A stretch of 64,000 bases of DNA, taken from Gammaproteobacteria bacterium. Its GTDB lineage: Bacteria > Pseudomonadota > Gammaproteobacteria > UBA5335 > SLRW01. Where the stretch lies: assembly GCA_035638695.1 (NCBI GenBank), contig DASQZM010000075.1:43003-107002 (forward strand), written 5' to 3'. The position numbers and the translations under genes were made by a program. The notes under the pieces were generated by a model. It had not been told where the DNA came from and did not search any database. It was given only the letters and a program-made list of their open reading frames with translations. Positions 10,917 through 23,153 of the stretch are shown piece after piece. Every line of letters begins with the position of its first letter. Positions within the stretch are counted from its first letter, which is position 1.

Positions 10917-12015
10917 ATGCTTGAGACCAACGCAATTCGCCAGAAGATCCGGGACATGCAGGGTCGCCTCGACGACCTCAGGAGGTATCTTTGACTACCC
11001 GGGAAAAGCGGAGCGCCTGACGGAAGTCGAACGTGAGCTGGAGCAGCCCGACGTCTGGAACGACCCGGAACGGGCACAGGCGTTGAGCAAGGAGCGCGCC
11101 CGCCTGGTCGAGACTGTCAGCATTCTGCGGGAATGCAGCAGCGGCCTCGACGACGCGGGAGAGCTGCTGGAGATGGCCGCACAGGAGGACGACGCGGGCG
11201 CGGTTCGCGAACTGGAGGGGGACGTCGAGCGGCTTGAGAAACGGCTGGCGGCGCTGGAATTCCAGCGCATGTTTTCCGGCGAGATGGACGAATCCAACGC
11301 CTTTCTGGACATCCAGGCGGGATCGGGCGGCACGGAAGCTCAGGACTGGGCTGAAATGCTGCTTCGCATGTACTTGCGCTGGTGCGAGCGACACGGCTTC
11401 CGCGCAGAGCTGATCGAGGTTTCCGAGGGCGAGATTGCCGGCATCAAGAGCGCCACGGTGCGCGTCGAGGGACCCTACGCCTACGGCTGGCTGCGCACCG
11501 AGACCGGGGTTCACCGCCTGGTGCGGAAATCCCCGTTCGACTCCGGAAACCGGCGGCATACCTCCTTCGCCGCCGTGTTCCTGTCGCCGGAAATCGACGA
11601 CGATATCGACATCGACATCAACCCGGCGGACCTCAGGGTCGATGTCTACCGGGCGAGCGGTGCTGGTGGGCAGCACGTCAACACCACCGAGTCCGCGGTG
11701 CGGATCACGCACGAGCCGACCGGCATCGTGGTCCAGTGCCAGAATGATCGCTCCCAGCACAAGAACCGTGCGACGGCCATGAAGCAGCTGCGGGCCAAGC
11801 TGTTCGAACTCGAGCTGCAACAGCGGCGGGAGCGCGCCGAGGCCATGGAGGAGACCAAGGCAGACATCGGGTGGGGTAGCCAGATCCGGTCCTACGTGCT
11901 GGACCAGTCCCGTATCAAGGACCTGCGCACGGGGGTCGAGGTGGGGAATACCCAAGCCGTGCTGGACGGTGATCTGGACGGCTTCATCGAGGCCAGCCTG
12001 AAGCAGGGCGTGTGA
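10917..12015 (+). CDS. prfB: peptide chain release factor 2, made by programmed +1 frameshift: join(10917..10991,10993..12015)
   Basis: Frame 0 reads [25 protein letters not shown] then TGA. The +1 frame continues [26 protein letters not shown] and GGQ motifs are present. Joined length is 365 aa, equal to E. coli RF2. Confidence 0.95.
10980..10995 (+). promoter_or_regulatory. RF2 autoregulatory +1 frameshift site (AGGAGG TAT CTT TGA C)
   Basis: Internal SD-like AGGAGG lies 3 nt before the slippery CTT (10989-10991), followed by in-frame TGA (10992-10994) and C. This is identical in logic to the E. coli prfB site. Confidence 0.92.
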
Positions 12016-12060
12016 CCGGCACGGTGTCTCGCCCGATCAGAGGAGAACAGACACAGCGGC

Positions 12061-13572
12061 ATGAGCCAGCAAGACGGACACGGAAGCGACGAGACCGGCC
12101 TGATCGCGCAGCGGCGGGCGAAGCTCCGCGAACTGCGCGCGGCGGGCCACGCCTATCCCAACGACTTCCGGCGGGACGCCCTTGCCGGCGAGCTGCACGA
12201 GGCCTACGACGAGCTCGATGAGGCCGAGCTCGAGGTGCGGGCGGTGCGCGTGCGGGTAGCCGGTCGGATGATGGCGAAGCGGATCATGGGCAAGGCAAGC
12301 TTTGCCCACCTGCAGGACATGAGCGGCCGGATCCAGCTTTTCCTGAAACGGGACGCCCTGCCGGACGGCGTGTACCGTACCTTCAAGAGCTGGGATATCG
12401 GGGACATCATCGGGGCCGAGGGCGTGCTGTTCAAGACCCGCACCGGGGAGCTCTCGGTGCGCGCGCAGCGCCTGGAGCTGCTGTCGAAATCACTGCGGCC
12501 GCTGCCGGAGAAGTTCCACGGACTGCAGGACCAGGAGACGCGCTACCGACAACGCTACCTGGACCTGATTGTCAACCCCGAGGTTCGGGAGGGCTTCCGG
12601 CTGCGCAGCCGGATCATCGAATACATCCGCGCGTTCCTCGCCTCCCGGGAGTTCCTCGAAGTCGAGACGCCCATGATGCAGCCACTCCCCGGCGGTGCGG
12701 CCGCACGCCCGTTCATCACTCACCACAACGCACTCGACATCGACCTGTACCTCAGGATCGCCCCGGAACTTTATCTCAAGCGGCTGGTGGTGGGCGGGTT
12801 CGAGCGGGTGTTCGAGATCAACCGCAACTTCCGGAACGAGGGTGTCTCCACCCGGCACAACCCCGAGTTCACCATGCTGGAGTTCTACCAGGCTTATGCC
12901 CGCCACGAGGACCTCATGGACCTCACCGAGGAACTGCTGCGGGGCATGGCGCGTCACCTGCTCGGGGCGACGGAGATCAGCTACCAGGGCCATATCTGCG
13001 ACTTCTCCCGGGCATTCCCCCGGATCACGGTGCGGGAGGCGATGCTGTCCCGGAATCCGGAGCTGGATCCGGCCCGGATCGACGACCGCGAGCACCTGGC
13101 CGGCCGATGTGCCGCGCTGGGGCTCGAGGTGCGCCCTTCCTGGGGCCCGGGCAAGCTCCAGAGCGAGATCTACGAAAAGACGGTCGAGCCGCGACTGTCT
13201 GATCCCACGTTCGTGACCGAGTTCCCGACCGAGGTGTCACCCCTGGCCCGCCAGAGTGACCGGGACCCGGCCGTGACCGAGCGCTTCGAGCTGATCGTTG
13301 CGGGCCGGGAGATCGCCAACGGTTTCTCAGAGCTCAACGACCCGGACGAGCAGGCGCGTCGATTCCGGGAGCAGATGGCGCGGAAGGAGGCCGGGGACGA
13401 GGAGGCGATGGTCTACGATGCCGACTACGTGCGGGCCCTCGAATACGGCATGCCACCCGCAGCGGGCGAGGGGATCGGTATCGACCGGTTGGTGATGCTG
13501 CTCGCGGACGCGCCCTCGATCCGCGATGTCCTCCTGTTCCCGCTCATGCGGCCGCAGGGAGATCAGGAATAG
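12061..13572 (+). CDS. lysS: lysine--tRNA ligase (class II)
   Basis: Class II motifs ([16 protein letters not shown]). 503 aa. prfB-lysS synteny. Confidence 0.96.
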   Translation: MSQQDGHGSDETGLIAQRRAKLRELRAAGHAYPNDFRRDALAGELHEAYDELDEAELEVRAVRVRVAGRMMAKRIMGKASFAHLQDMSGRIQLFLKRDALPDGVYRTFKSWDIGDIIGAEGVLFKTRTGELSVRAQRLELLSKSLRPLPEKFHGLQDQETRYRQRYLDLIVNPEVREGFRLRSRIIEYIRAFLASREFLEVETPMMQPLPGGAAARPFITHHNALDIDLYLRIAPELYLKRLVVGGFERVFEINRNFRNEGVSTRHNPEFTMLEFYQAYARHEDLMDLTEELLRGMARHLLGATEISYQGHICDFSRAFPRITVREAMLSRNPELDPARIDDREHLAGRCAALGLEVRPSWGPGKLQSEIYEKTVEPRLSDPTFVTEFPTEVSPLARQSDRDPAVTERFELIVAGREIANGFSELNDPDEQARRFREQMARKEAGDEEAMVYDADYVRALEYGMPPAAGEGIGIDRLVMLLADAPSIRDVLLFPLMRPQGDQE

Positions 13573-13703
13573 AAATCCCGCGCAAACAATATCATGGGCG
13601 ATATCGGTAAGATTGGTCTTGAGAAGGCTCAGCGCGCGTTGCCGGGACTTGCCCGCGGCCGGGGGATGGGGTAAAAACGTCGGCAGGGCAATTCGCGGGG
13701 GGA

Positions 13704-15395
13704 ATGGCGATGTCGGGGCAGATCCGGAGCCAGGTCCAGGGCGGGACTGATGCGCCGTTGATTGAACGCACCATCGGCGAGCAGCTCGATGTCACGGTAG
13801 GACGCTGGGGCAAGCGCCCGGCGCTGGTATCGGTCCACCAGGGGATTCGCTGGACCTGGGCCGAGCTGGCCGAACAGGTGGACGGCTTCGCGGCCGGCAT
13901 GCGCGCCCTGGGCCTGGGCCGCGGCGACCGTGTCGGCATCTGGGCGCACAACAGCTGGGAGTGGCTGGTGACCCAGCTGGCAACGGCACGACTGGGCATC
14001 ATTCTGGTCAACATCAACCCGGCGTATCGTGCGGCCGAACTCACCTATGCGCTGAACAAGGTCGGCTGCAAGGCCCTGATTGCGATGGCCGCGTACCGCA
14101 GCAGCGACTATGTGGCGATGCTGCGGGAGGTGGCGCCCGAGCTGGCTGACTGCGAGCCCGGCGCGCTGGCGGCCGCCCGCGTCCCGGAGCTGCGGCTGGT
14201 AGTCCGCCTGGGCGAGGAGCGCAGCCCGGGCATGCTGAATTTCGGCGACATCCCCGGCCACGCCGGCGCCGGGGATCACCGGGCGCTGCCGGAGATCGGC
14301 GCCGCACTCGACCGCAACGATCCGGTTAATATCCAGTTCACCAGCGGCACCACGGGCCGCCCCAAGGGCGCGACCCTCAGCCACCGCAATATCCTCAACA
14401 ACGGCCACTTCGTCGGCGAGGCAATCCGTCTGGGCGAGGACGACCGGCTGTGCGTGCCGGTGCCCCTGTACCATTGCTTCGGCATGGTTATGGGGAACCT
14501 GGCCTGCCTGACCCACGGTGCCTGCATCGTCTATCCTGCGCCGGCCTTCAACCCGGCAAGCGTGCTCGAGGCCGTCCAGGGCGAGCGCTGCACCGGGCTC
14601 TATGGGGTGCCCACCATGTTCATCGGCGAGATGGCCGAGCCGGCGTTCCCGGAGACCGAGCTGTCCTCCCTGCGCACGGGAATCATGGCCGGGTCGCCCT
14701 GCCCGATGGAGGTGATGCGGCGCGTCATCGACGAGATGCACATGGAACAGGTCACGATTGCCTACGGCATGACCGAGACCAGCCCGGTCAGCTTCCAGAC
14801 TTCGCCGGACGATGCCCTGGAGCAGCGCGTCTCAACCGTCGGCAGGATCCAGCCGCACCTAGAGGCGAAGGTGGTCGACTCGGACGGCGGGGTGGTTGCT
14901 CCCGGCGTGCCGGGGGAGCTGTGCACCCGCGGCTACAGCGTGATGCAGGGCTACTGGGACGACCCCGAGCGGACCCGGGAGGTGATCGACGGCGACGGCT
15001 GGATGCACACCGGGGACCTCGCGACGCTGGACGCGGATGGCTACTGCCGCATCGTCGGCCGCATCAAGGACATGGTCATCCGCGGCGGCGAGAACATCTA
15101 CCCCCGGGAAGTCGAGGAGTTGCTGTATGGGCACCCGGCCGTGGAGGACGTGCAGGTGGTGGGTGTGCCGGACCCGAAGTACGGCGAGGAGCTGTGCGCC
15201 TGGATCCGCCTCAAGCCGGGTGAGAGCGCCACGGAGGAAGACATCCGGGAGTACGCCCGCGGCCGCATCGCGCACCACAAGATTCCGCGCTACATCCGCT
15301 TCGTCGAGGAGTTCCCGCTCACCGTGACCGGCAAGGTGCGCAAGTTCATCATCCGGGAGCGGATGATCGAGGAGCTGCGCCTCGAGCAGCACTGA
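13704..15395 (+). CDS. AMP-dependent synthetase/ligase (acyl-CoA synthetase family)
   Basis: AMP-binding signature [22 protein letters not shown] and a C-terminal GKVRKF-type lysine motif. Confidence 0.9.
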   Translation: MAMSGQIRSQVQGGTDAPLIERTIGEQLDVTVGRWGKRPALVSVHQGIRWTWAELAEQVDGFAAGMRALGLGRGDRVGIWAHNSWEWLVTQLATARLGIILVNINPAYRAAELTYALNKVGCKALIAMAAYRSSDYVAMLREVAPELADCEPGALAAARVPELRLVVRLGEERSPGMLNFGDIPGHAGAGDHRALPEIGAALDRNDPVNIQFTSGTTGRPKGATLSHRNILNNGHFVGEAIRLGEDDRLCVPVPLYHCFGMVMGNLACLTHGACIVYPAPAFNPASVLEAVQGERCTGLYGVPTMFIGEMAEPAFPETELSSLRTGIMAGSPCPMEVMRRVIDEMHMEQVTIAYGMTETSPVSFQTSPDDALEQRVSTVGRIQPHLEAKVVDSDGGVVAPGVPGELCTRGYSVMQGYWDDPERTREVIDGDGWMHTGDLATLDADGYCRIVGRIKDMVIRGGENIYPREVEELLYGHPAVEDVQVVGVPDPKYGEELCAWIRLKPGESATEEDIREYARGRIAHHKIPRYIRFVEEFPLTVTGKVRKFIIRERMIEELRLEQH

Positions 15396-15623
15396 CCTCA
15401 GCTGCGCGTTTCCCGCTCCGCCAGCAGCTGGCGGAGGTCGGGGTTGATCGCGCCGGCGCTGTCGTCCTGCTGCGCCAGCAGCCTGGCACGGTAATCGCCT
15501 GCCGCGACCAGTGCTGGGAGTCGTCACAGCCGGTGAGCGGCACGGCGACCGCGAGGACGGTGGGGGAGAACTCGTACGGCGCGACCGGCCCGGCGAGACT
15601 CGGCATGTCGGAGTCCCGCGGAC

Positions 15624-17070
<1,447 letters not shown>

Positions 17071-17239
17071 GCCGGCGGCGCTGGTGCCGGCCGCAGCGCG
17101 CCGGAGGCACGGTGCCCGGCCGGGGCCCGCTGTCTGCACTGCCAGCATCTCCGCCTGCCCGCGGGTGTCCCGGCGCCGTTTGCGGGCGTGCCACCGGTGC
17201 ACGGGCACCGCCAGACCAAGGAACAAGAGGTGAAAGCGT

Positions 17240-17629
17240 ATGCAAGATGATTCACGGCCTCTGTCACCCCATCTGCAGATCTACCGACCCCAGCTCACCT
17301 CGGTCCTGTCCATCTCGCATCGTGCCAGCGGCGTCTTCCTCGCGCTCGGCACCCTGGCCCTGGTCTACTGGTTCGCCGCGATGGCCTCCGGTCCCGAGGT
17401 CTTTGCGCAGGCTCAGATGATCGCCGGCGCGTGGTACGGACAGGTGCTGCTGGTGCTCTGGACGTTCTCGCTCTTCTATCACCTGTGCAACGGTATCCGG
17501 CACCTGTTCTGGGATGCCGGCTACGGGTTCGAGATCCGGCACGCCTATGCCACCGGCTACGTCGTCCTGGTCGCAGCCGCGGTACTGACCGCCGGGACCT
17601 GGGTGCTGGCGCTGGCGGGAGGGCAATGA
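17240..17629 (+). CDS. sdhC: succinate dehydrogenase cytochrome b556 subunit
   Basis: RPLSPHLQIYRPQLTSVLSISHRASG motif (alphaproteobacterial/mitochondrial-like SdhC). SD AAGAGG upstream. Confidence 0.93.
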   Translation: MQDDSRPLSPHLQIYRPQLTSVLSISHRASGVFLALGTLALVYWFAAMASGPEVFAQAQMIAGAWYGQVLLVLWTFSLFYHLCNGIRHLFWDAGYGFEIRHAYATGYVVLVAAAVLTAGTWVLALAGGQ

Positions 17630-18009
17630 TGGATTACCGCAGTCCCATATCCCGGGCGCGCGGCCTCGGCTCGGCGAAGGAGGGCGCCGCCCACTGGTGG
17701 ATGCAGCGGCTCACCGCCGCGGCGCTGGTACCTCTGCTGCTGTGGTTCGTGGCATCGCTGATCGGATTGACCGGCGCCGGCTACGACGACGCCGTCGCTT
17801 GGGTCTCCACCCCTTGGATCACCGTGCTCCTGATCGCCACCATCGCCGTGGTGTTCCATCACGCCCAGCTGGGGCTGCAGGTGGTGCTGGAGGACTACGT
17901 ACATAGCGAATGGCTGAAGGTCTTGAGCATTGCGCTGGTCAAGTTTGCCGCCGTGTTGCTGGCCATCGGCGGAATCTACTCGGTCCTGCGCGTCGCCTTC
18001 GGAGGCTAG
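17626..18009 (+). CDS. sdhD: succinate dehydrogenase hydrophobic membrane anchor subunit
   Basis: ATGA overlap with the sdhC stop. GSAKEGAAHWWMQRLTAAALVPL motif. Three predicted TM segments. Confidence 0.9.
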   Translation: MMDYRSPISRARGLGSAKEGAAHWWMQRLTAAALVPLLLWFVASLIGLTGAGYDDAVAWVSTPWITVLLIATIAVVFHHAQLGLQVVLEDYVHSEWLKVLSIALVKFAAVLLAIGGIYSVLRVAFGG

Positions 18010-18012
18010 TTA

Positions 18013-19797
18013 ATGTCCAAAGCGTACGAAATCGTGGAACACAAGTACGACGTGATCGTGGTCGGCGCCGGCGGCGCGGGCCTGCGTGCCACGCTGGGCA
18101 TGGCGGAGAGGGGGCTGAGCACCGCCTGCGTCACCAAGGTGTTTCCCACCCGCAGTCACACGGTCGCCGCTCAGGGCGGCATGAGCGCCTCTCTCGGCAA
18201 CATGGGCGAGGACGACTGGCGCTGGCACATGTACGACACCGTCAAGGGCTCCGACTGGCTCGGCGATCAGGACGCGATCGAATACATGTGCCGGGAAGCG
18301 GTGCCGGCTGTGGTGGAGCTGGAGCACTACGGGGTGCCGTTCTCACGCACCGAGGAGGGGCGCATCTACCAGCGTCCGTTCGGCGGCATGACGACGCGCT
18401 TCGGCGAGGGTACGGCGCAGCGAACCTGTGCCGCCGCCGACCGCACCGGCCACGCGATCCTGCACACGCTCTACCAGCAGGCCTTGCGCAACCGGGCGGA
18501 GTTCTTCATCGAGTACTTTGCGCTCGATCTGCTGATGGACGAGGATGGCGTCTGTCGCGGCCTGCTGGCCTGGAACCTGGCCGACGGCACTATTCATCGC
18601 TTCCGCGGCCATGCGGTGGTGCTTGCCACCGGCGGCTACGGGCGCACCTATTTCTCGTGCACTTCGGCGCACACCTGCACCGGTGACGGCAACGGCATGG
18701 TGCTGCGCGCGGGACTGCCGCTGCAGGACATGGAGTTCGTCCAGTTCCATCCCACCGGGGTGTACGGCGCCGGCTGCCTGATCACCGAGGGAGTGCGTGG
18801 CGAGGGCGGCTATCTGACCAACAGTGAGGGCGAGCGCTTCATGGAGCGCTATGCGCCCAACGCCAAGGATCTCGCCTCTCGCGACGTGGTCAGCCGCGCC
18901 ATGACCATCGAGATCCGCGAGGGGCGCGGGGTCGGGCCCGAGCAGGACCACATCCACCTGCATTTGGAGCATCTGGGCCCGGAGGTGATCCACGACCGTC
19001 TGCCAGGTATTGCCGAGACCGCGCGCATCTTTTCGGGCGTGGACGTGACGCGTGACCCTATCCCGGTCCTGCCGACGGTGCACTACAACATGGGGGGTAT
19101 CCCGAGCAACCACCACGGCGAGGTGCTGACCGTGAAGGACGGCGAGGAGCAGGTCGTGCCCGGCCTGTTCGCCGTGGGCGAGGCGGCCAGCGTGTCGGTG
19201 CACGGGGCCAACCGGCTGGGCTCGAACTCACTGCTGGACATCGTGGTGTTCGGTCGCGCGGCCTCGCTGCGCTGCGCCGAACTCATCGCCCCGGGCAAGC
19301 CGCACCCGCCGCTGCCCGACGACCCCGGCGACCGGGCCCTGGAGCGCTTCGACCGCCTGCGGCACGCCAACGGCGAGAACCCGACCGCGGGAATCCGCCG
19401 CGAAATGCAGCAGGTGATGCAGCGGGACGCGGCGGTCTTCCGTACCGGCGAGACCCTGACCCAGGGCTGCAGCAACCTCGACCAGGTCCTGGCCAGCTTC
19501 GACGGCGTGCATGTCACGGACCGATCCATGACCTGGAACACCGACTTGGTGGAAACGCTGGAGCTCGCCAACCTGCTCGGCTGCGCGGCGGTGACCATTC
19601 ACTCGGCGGCCAACCGCACCGAGAGCCGCGGGGCGCACGCCCGCGAGGACTACCCTGATCGGGACGACGAGAACTGGATGAAGCACACGCTGTCCTGGCT
19701 GCGCGATGGCGCGGTCGCCTTCGAGTATCGGCCGGTGCACATGTTCACGCTGACCGACGAGGTTGAGGTCATACCGCCCAAGGCCCGGGTGTACTGA
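18013..19797 (+). CDS. sdhA: succinate dehydrogenase flavoprotein subunit
   Basis: FAD motif [11 protein letters not shown] and covalent-FAD histidine context [10 protein letters not shown]. 594 aa. Confidence 0.97.
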   Translation: MSKAYEIVEHKYDVIVVGAGGAGLRATLGMAERGLSTACVTKVFPTRSHTVAAQGGMSASLGNMGEDDWRWHMYDTVKGSDWLGDQDAIEYMCREAVPAVVELEHYGVPFSRTEEGRIYQRPFGGMTTRFGEGTAQRTCAAADRTGHAILHTLYQQALRNRAEFFIEYFALDLLMDEDGVCRGLLAWNLADGTIHRFRGHAVVLATGGYGRTYFSCTSAHTCTGDGNGMVLRAGLPLQDMEFVQFHPTGVYGAGCLITEGVRGEGGYLTNSEGERFMERYAPNAKDLASRDVVSRAMTIEIREGRGVGPEQDHIHLHLEHLGPEVIHDRLPGIAETARIFSGVDVTRDPIPVLPTVHYNMGGIPSNHHGEVLTVKDGEEQVVPGLFAVGEAASVSVHGANRLGSNSLLDIVVFGRAASLRCAELIAPGKPHPPLPDDPGDRALERFDRLRHANGENPTAGIRREMQQVMQRDAAVFRTGETLTQGCSNLDQVLASFDGVHVTDRSMTWNTDLVETLELANLLGCAAVTIHSAANRTESRGAHAREDYPDRDDENWMKHTLSWLRDGAVAFEYRPVHMFTLTDEVEVIPPKARVY

Positions 19798-19835
19798 CAC
19801 GGGCCGGGCACGGGCGAACGAATCGAGACGAACAC

Positions 19836-19857
19836 GCCGCCGGCCACGACCGGCGGC
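19836..19857 (+). promoter_or_regulatory. perfect 8-bp GC hairpin in the sdhA-sdhB intercistronic spacer
   Basis: GCCGCCGG-ccacga-CCGGCGGC, 16 nt before the sdhB ATG. Function unknown (possible mRNA processing or stability element). Confidence 0.35.
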
Positions 19858-19873
19858 AGTCCAGGAGTGAACC

Positions 19874-20653
19874 ATGGCGGACTTTACGCTTCCCGCGAAT
19901 TCCAGGATTCGGAAGGGCCGGACCCATACGGCGCCGAAGGGCGCCCGGAACATTCGCCGCTTCCGGGTCTACCGCTACGACCCCGACAGCGGCGAGAATC
20001 CGCGCCAGGACACCTTCGAGGTCGACCTCGACAACTGCGGGCCGATGGTTCTGGACGCGTTGCTGAAGATCAAGAACGAGCTCGATCCCACCCTGACGCT
20101 GAGGCGTTCCTGCCGCGAGGGAATCTGCGGCTCGTGCGCCATGAACATCGACGGTGTGAATACCTTGGCGTGCACCTGCGCCATCGGCGACATCAAGGGC
20201 GACGTGAAGATCTACCCCCTGCCACACATGCGGGTGCACAAGGACCTGGTTCCGGACCTGGCCAACTTCTATGCGCAGTACGCGTCGATCGAGCCGTGGA
20301 TGAAGACCTATTCGGCGACCCCGCCGGATCGCGAGCGGCTGCAGTCGCGCGACGACCGGGAGAAATTGGATGGCCTGTATGAGTGCATCCTGTGCGCCTG
20401 CTGTTCCACCTCCTGTCCCAGCTACTGGTGGAACCCGGAGCGCTACCTGGGACCGGCGATTTTGCTGCAGGCCTACCGCTGGATCGCGGACAGCCGGGAC
20501 GAGGCGACCGGAGAACGGCTGGATGCACTGGAGGACCCGTTCAAGCTGTATCGCTGCCACACGATCATGAACTGCACCAACACCTGCCCCAAGGGGCTCA
20601 ACCCGGCGAAGGCGATCTCGGAGATCAAGCGGATGATCGCCGCGCGCCGCTGA
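19874..20653 (+). CDS. sdhB: succinate dehydrogenase iron-sulfur subunit
   Basis: Cluster motifs [23 protein letters not shown] and [12 protein letters not shown]. Confidence 0.97.
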   Translation: MADFTLPANSRIRKGRTHTAPKGARNIRRFRVYRYDPDSGENPRQDTFEVDLDNCGPMVLDALLKIKNELDPTLTLRRSCREGICGSCAMNIDGVNTLACTCAIGDIKGDVKIYPLPHMRVHKDLVPDLANFYAQYASIEPWMKTYSATPPDRERLQSRDDREKLDGLYECILCACCSTSCPSYWWNPERYLGPAILLQAYRWIADSRDEATGERLDALEDPFKLYRCHTIMNCTNTCPKGLNPAKAISEIKRMIAARR

Positions 20654-20671
20654 CGCCGCCGGAGGCGGGGG

Positions 20672-20920
20672 ATGGTCGAAACGTCGCGGCTGCGCTGGCT
20701 TTGCCGACGTGGCATGAAGGAGCTGGATGAGCTGCTGGAAGGATTCTTCGAAGCACGCTTCGAGGGTCTTTCCCCTGCGCGGCGGAAGGCCTTTGCCCGG
20801 CTTCTGGAGCTCCAGGATCCGGAGCTGTTGGCGTATCTGATGGACCGGGAACGTCCCAAGGACGAGGGACTGCGTGATGTCATCCGGGAGATTCGCCGCA
20901 ACGCGGGACTTCAATCTTGA
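20672..20920 (+). CDS. sdhE: FAD assembly factor SdhE (YgfY/CptB, SDHAF2 family)
   Basis: 82 aa with the RGxxE motif (CRRGMKELD) and ELQDPELLAYL. Confidence 0.9.
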   Translation: MVETSRLRWLCRRGMKELDELLEGFFEARFEGLSPARRKAFARLLELQDPELLAYLMDRERPKDEGLRDVIREIRRNAGLQS

Positions 20921-21302
20921 GCCGTCGCGGCTGCTGGCATCGGGCCTGACCACAGTGGATGTCGGTGCCGCGGCCGCCGCGCTGGTCTGGCTGCCGGCTT
21001 GGCTCGGTGTCCCGGCGTGTGTGCTCCTCGCGATGAGCCTGCGCCGGGAGCTGAGCCGACACTGCGGTGCCGAATCCCTGTGCCACCTGCACCGCGGTCC
21101 GGACCGGCTCTGGCGGCTGCGGGACCGACGCGGGCGGCCGTTCGAGGCGGAGCTGGCGGGCTCGACCTGCGTGACGCCGCTGATTACGGTGGCGAGCTTC
21201 CGCGTTGGCCGCGGCTGTCGCCGCGCCGCGGTGATCCTCCCGGACAGCGCGCCAGCCCACGTCCGTCGCCGGCTGCGGGTGGCCCTGCGCTACCCCGACT
21301 GA
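20874..21302 (+). CDS. ygfX: YgfX/CptA-like inner-membrane protein
   Basis: Follows sdhE as in E. coli ygfY-ygfX. Two hydrophobic segments followed by an Arg-rich soluble tail; similar layout to E. coli YgfX. The start is uncertain (47-nt overlap with sdhE if ATG 20874). Confidence 0.6.
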   Translation: MMSSGRFAATRDFNLEPSRLLASGLTTVDVGAAAAALVWLPAWLGVPACVLLAMSLRRELSRHCGAESLCHLHRGPDRLWRLRDRRGRPFEAELAGSTCVTPLITVASFRVGRGCRRAAVILPDSAPAHVRRRLRVALRYPD

Positions 21303-22954
21303 GCCGGCCAGCGCACGGGCGCAAAGCGGGCCGCGAAACGCGCGGGCACCAGCACCGTGTTGCGCGGCGGATGGCGATCATCCGGCTCCGGGTAGTCCAG
21401 CGTGTAGTGCAGCCCGCGGCTCTCGCGGCGAAGCGCCGCCGAGCGTACGATCAGGTCCGCCACGACGGTGAGATTGCGCAGCTCCAGCAGGTCGGCGTTG
21501 ATCCGGAAGTTGCCATAATATTCCTCGATCTCCGCCAGCATCATGTCGACGCGGTGGCGCGCCCGCTGCAGGCGCTTGTCAGTGCGCACGATGCCTACGT
21601 AGTCCCACATGAAACGGCGCAGCTCCGTCCAGTTATGGGTCACCACCACTTCCTCGTCCGAGTCGGTCACGCGGCTCTCGTCCCAGGACGGCAGGACCGG
21701 CGGCGCCGGGGTCCGGTCCAGGGTGCGGATGATGTGGTCCGCGGCCGCGCGGGCGAACACCAGACACTCCAGCAGCGAATTGCTGGCCATGCGGTTCGCT
21801 CCGTGCAGGCCGGTGAAGGCCGTCTCACCCACCGCATACAGGCCGGGCACGTCGGTACGCCCATCGTGGTCGGTGAGGATGCCGCCGCAGGTGTAGTGGG
21901 CTGCCGGCACCACCGGCAGGGGATCGCGGGCCATGTCGTAGCCGAGCTCGAGGCAGCGCGCATAGATGGTAGGGAACTGGCGGCGGATCACCGCCGCCGG
22001 GCGATGGCTGATGTCGAGGTAGACGCAGGTCGCACCGAGCCGTTTCATTTCGTGGTCGATGGCGCGTGCCACGACGTCGCGGGGCGCCAGCTCCGCGCGC
22101 TCGTCGAACGCCTGCATGAACGGCGTGCCGTCGGGAAGCAGCAGCCGGCCGCCCTCGCCGCGCACCGCCTCGCTGATCAAAAAGGAGCGGGCGTCCGCGG
22201 AGGAGGCGCCCGGATGATACAGGCAGGTGGGATGGAACTGCATGAACTCCAGATTGGCCACGCGGCAGCCCGCACGCCAGCCCATGGCGATGCCGTCGCC
22301 GGTGGCGCCGTCGGGGTTGCTGGTATACAGGTAGACCTTGCTTGCACCGCCCGTGGCAAGCGCCACGGCGCGTGCCGAAACGGTGCGGACGACGCCGCGG
22401 CTCCGGTCGAGAACGTAGGCGCCGGCACAGCGGGGCGGATTGAGGCCCAGGCGGTCGCCGGTGATCAGGTCGACCGCCATGCAATGCTCCAGCACGGTGA
22501 CGTTCGGCCTTTCCCGCACCAACCCTTCCAGGGTGGTCTCGATCGCGCGGCCGGTAGCGTCGGCGGCGTGGATCACCCGCCGGTGGCTGTGGCCGCCTTC
22601 ACGGGTGAGGTGGTAGCCCCGGTCGGGGGCGTCGCCGTCCTCGCGGGTGAATGGCACGCCCAGATCGATCAGCCAGCGGATCGCGTCCGGGCCGCGTTCG
22701 ACCGTATAGCGCACGGCCGCGGGATCGCACAAGTCCGCCCCGGCGCGCAGCGTGTCGGCGACGTGGGACTCGAGCGAGTCGCCCCGGCCGAGCACCACGG
22801 AAACGCCCCCCTGGGCGTACAGCGTGTTGCCTTCGGTGAAGGGTCCCTTGGCAATGACGGCGACCCGGAGGTCTTCCGGCAGCCGCAGCGCGAGGGTCAG
22901 CCCGGCCGCGCCGCTGCCTATGATCAGTACGTCGAACTCTTGCTGTTTGTTCAT
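21290..22954 (-). CDS. nadB: L-aspartate oxidase
   Basis: [22 protein letters not shown] motif and fumarate-reductase/SDH flavoprotein family sequence. Divergent from rpoE as in E. coli and Pseudomonas. Confidence 0.96.
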   Translation of the reverse strand: MNKQQEFDVLIIGSGAAGLTLALRLPEDLRVAVIAKGPFTEGNTLYAQGGVSVVLGRGDSLESHVADTLRAGADLCDPAAVRYTVERGPDAIRWLIDLGVPFTREDGDAPDRGYHLTREGGHSHRRVIHAADATGRAIETTLEGLVRERPNVTVLEHCMAVDLITGDRLGLNPPRCAGAYVLDRSRGVVRTVSARAVALATGGASKVYLYTSNPDGATGDGIAMGWRAGCRVANLEFMQFHPTCLYHPGASSADARSFLISEAVRGEGGRLLLPDGTPFMQAFDERAELAPRDVVARAIDHEMKRLGATCVYLDISHRPAAVIRRQFPTIYARCLELGYDMARDPLPVVPAAHYTCGGILTDHDGRTDVPGLYAVGETAFTGLHGANRMASNSLLECLVFARAAADHIIRTLDRTPAPPVLPSWDESRVTDSDEEVVVTHNWTELRRFMWDYVGIVRTDKRLQRARHRVDMMLAEIEEYYGNFRINADLLELRNLTVVADLIVRSAALRRESRGLHYTLDYPEPDDRHPPRNTVLVPARFAARFAPVRWPAQSG

Positions 22955-23086
22955 AGATTCGGATATGAGTGGCTGCTAAAATCATGCCACTTATGGGAAT
23001 TGCTTCCTATCGGGGCCGCTGCACGCACACGGTGTGATCCCGCCCGGCAGGCAACCGTAATATACCTTATCAACTCGCGTACGAGC

Positions 23087-23113
23087 GAACTAACCCGCGG
23101 AGGCCTTGTCTAT
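23087..23113 (+). promoter_or_regulatory. candidate sigmaE(AlgU)-dependent autoregulatory promoter of rpoE
   Basis: GAACTA, 16-nt spacer, TCTAT; compare the consensus GAACTT-N16/17-TCTGA (AlgU) or TCAAA (E. coli). Lies about 40 nt upstream of the rpoE ATG. Confidence 0.45.
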
Positions 23114-23153
23114 CCAACAGACAGGGGCTCGCGGGCATTGGAGAGATGCCCGC

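Noticed and set aside
10690-10935. An 81-aa minus-strand ORF in the recJ-prfB gap. Its last 32 aa (IHPAAGDFSAAEPLARSLGHLDLMLGIAAGP) look mildly protein-like, so it could be a gene remnant.
   Set aside because: The N-terminal half is Arg-rich and overlaps the prfB start and promoter region. There is no RBS and I recognise no family. At most it is a decayed fragment, and I cannot support it as a feature.
10879-10992. The ORF-track N-terminus of RF2 ([38 protein letters not shown]...).
   Set aside because: The canonical RF2 N-terminus lies in the other frame, from ATG 10917, and joins through the CTT-TGA-C frameshift. The joined protein is colinear with E. coli RF2, so the 10879 start is an artefact of open reading upstream of the shift site.
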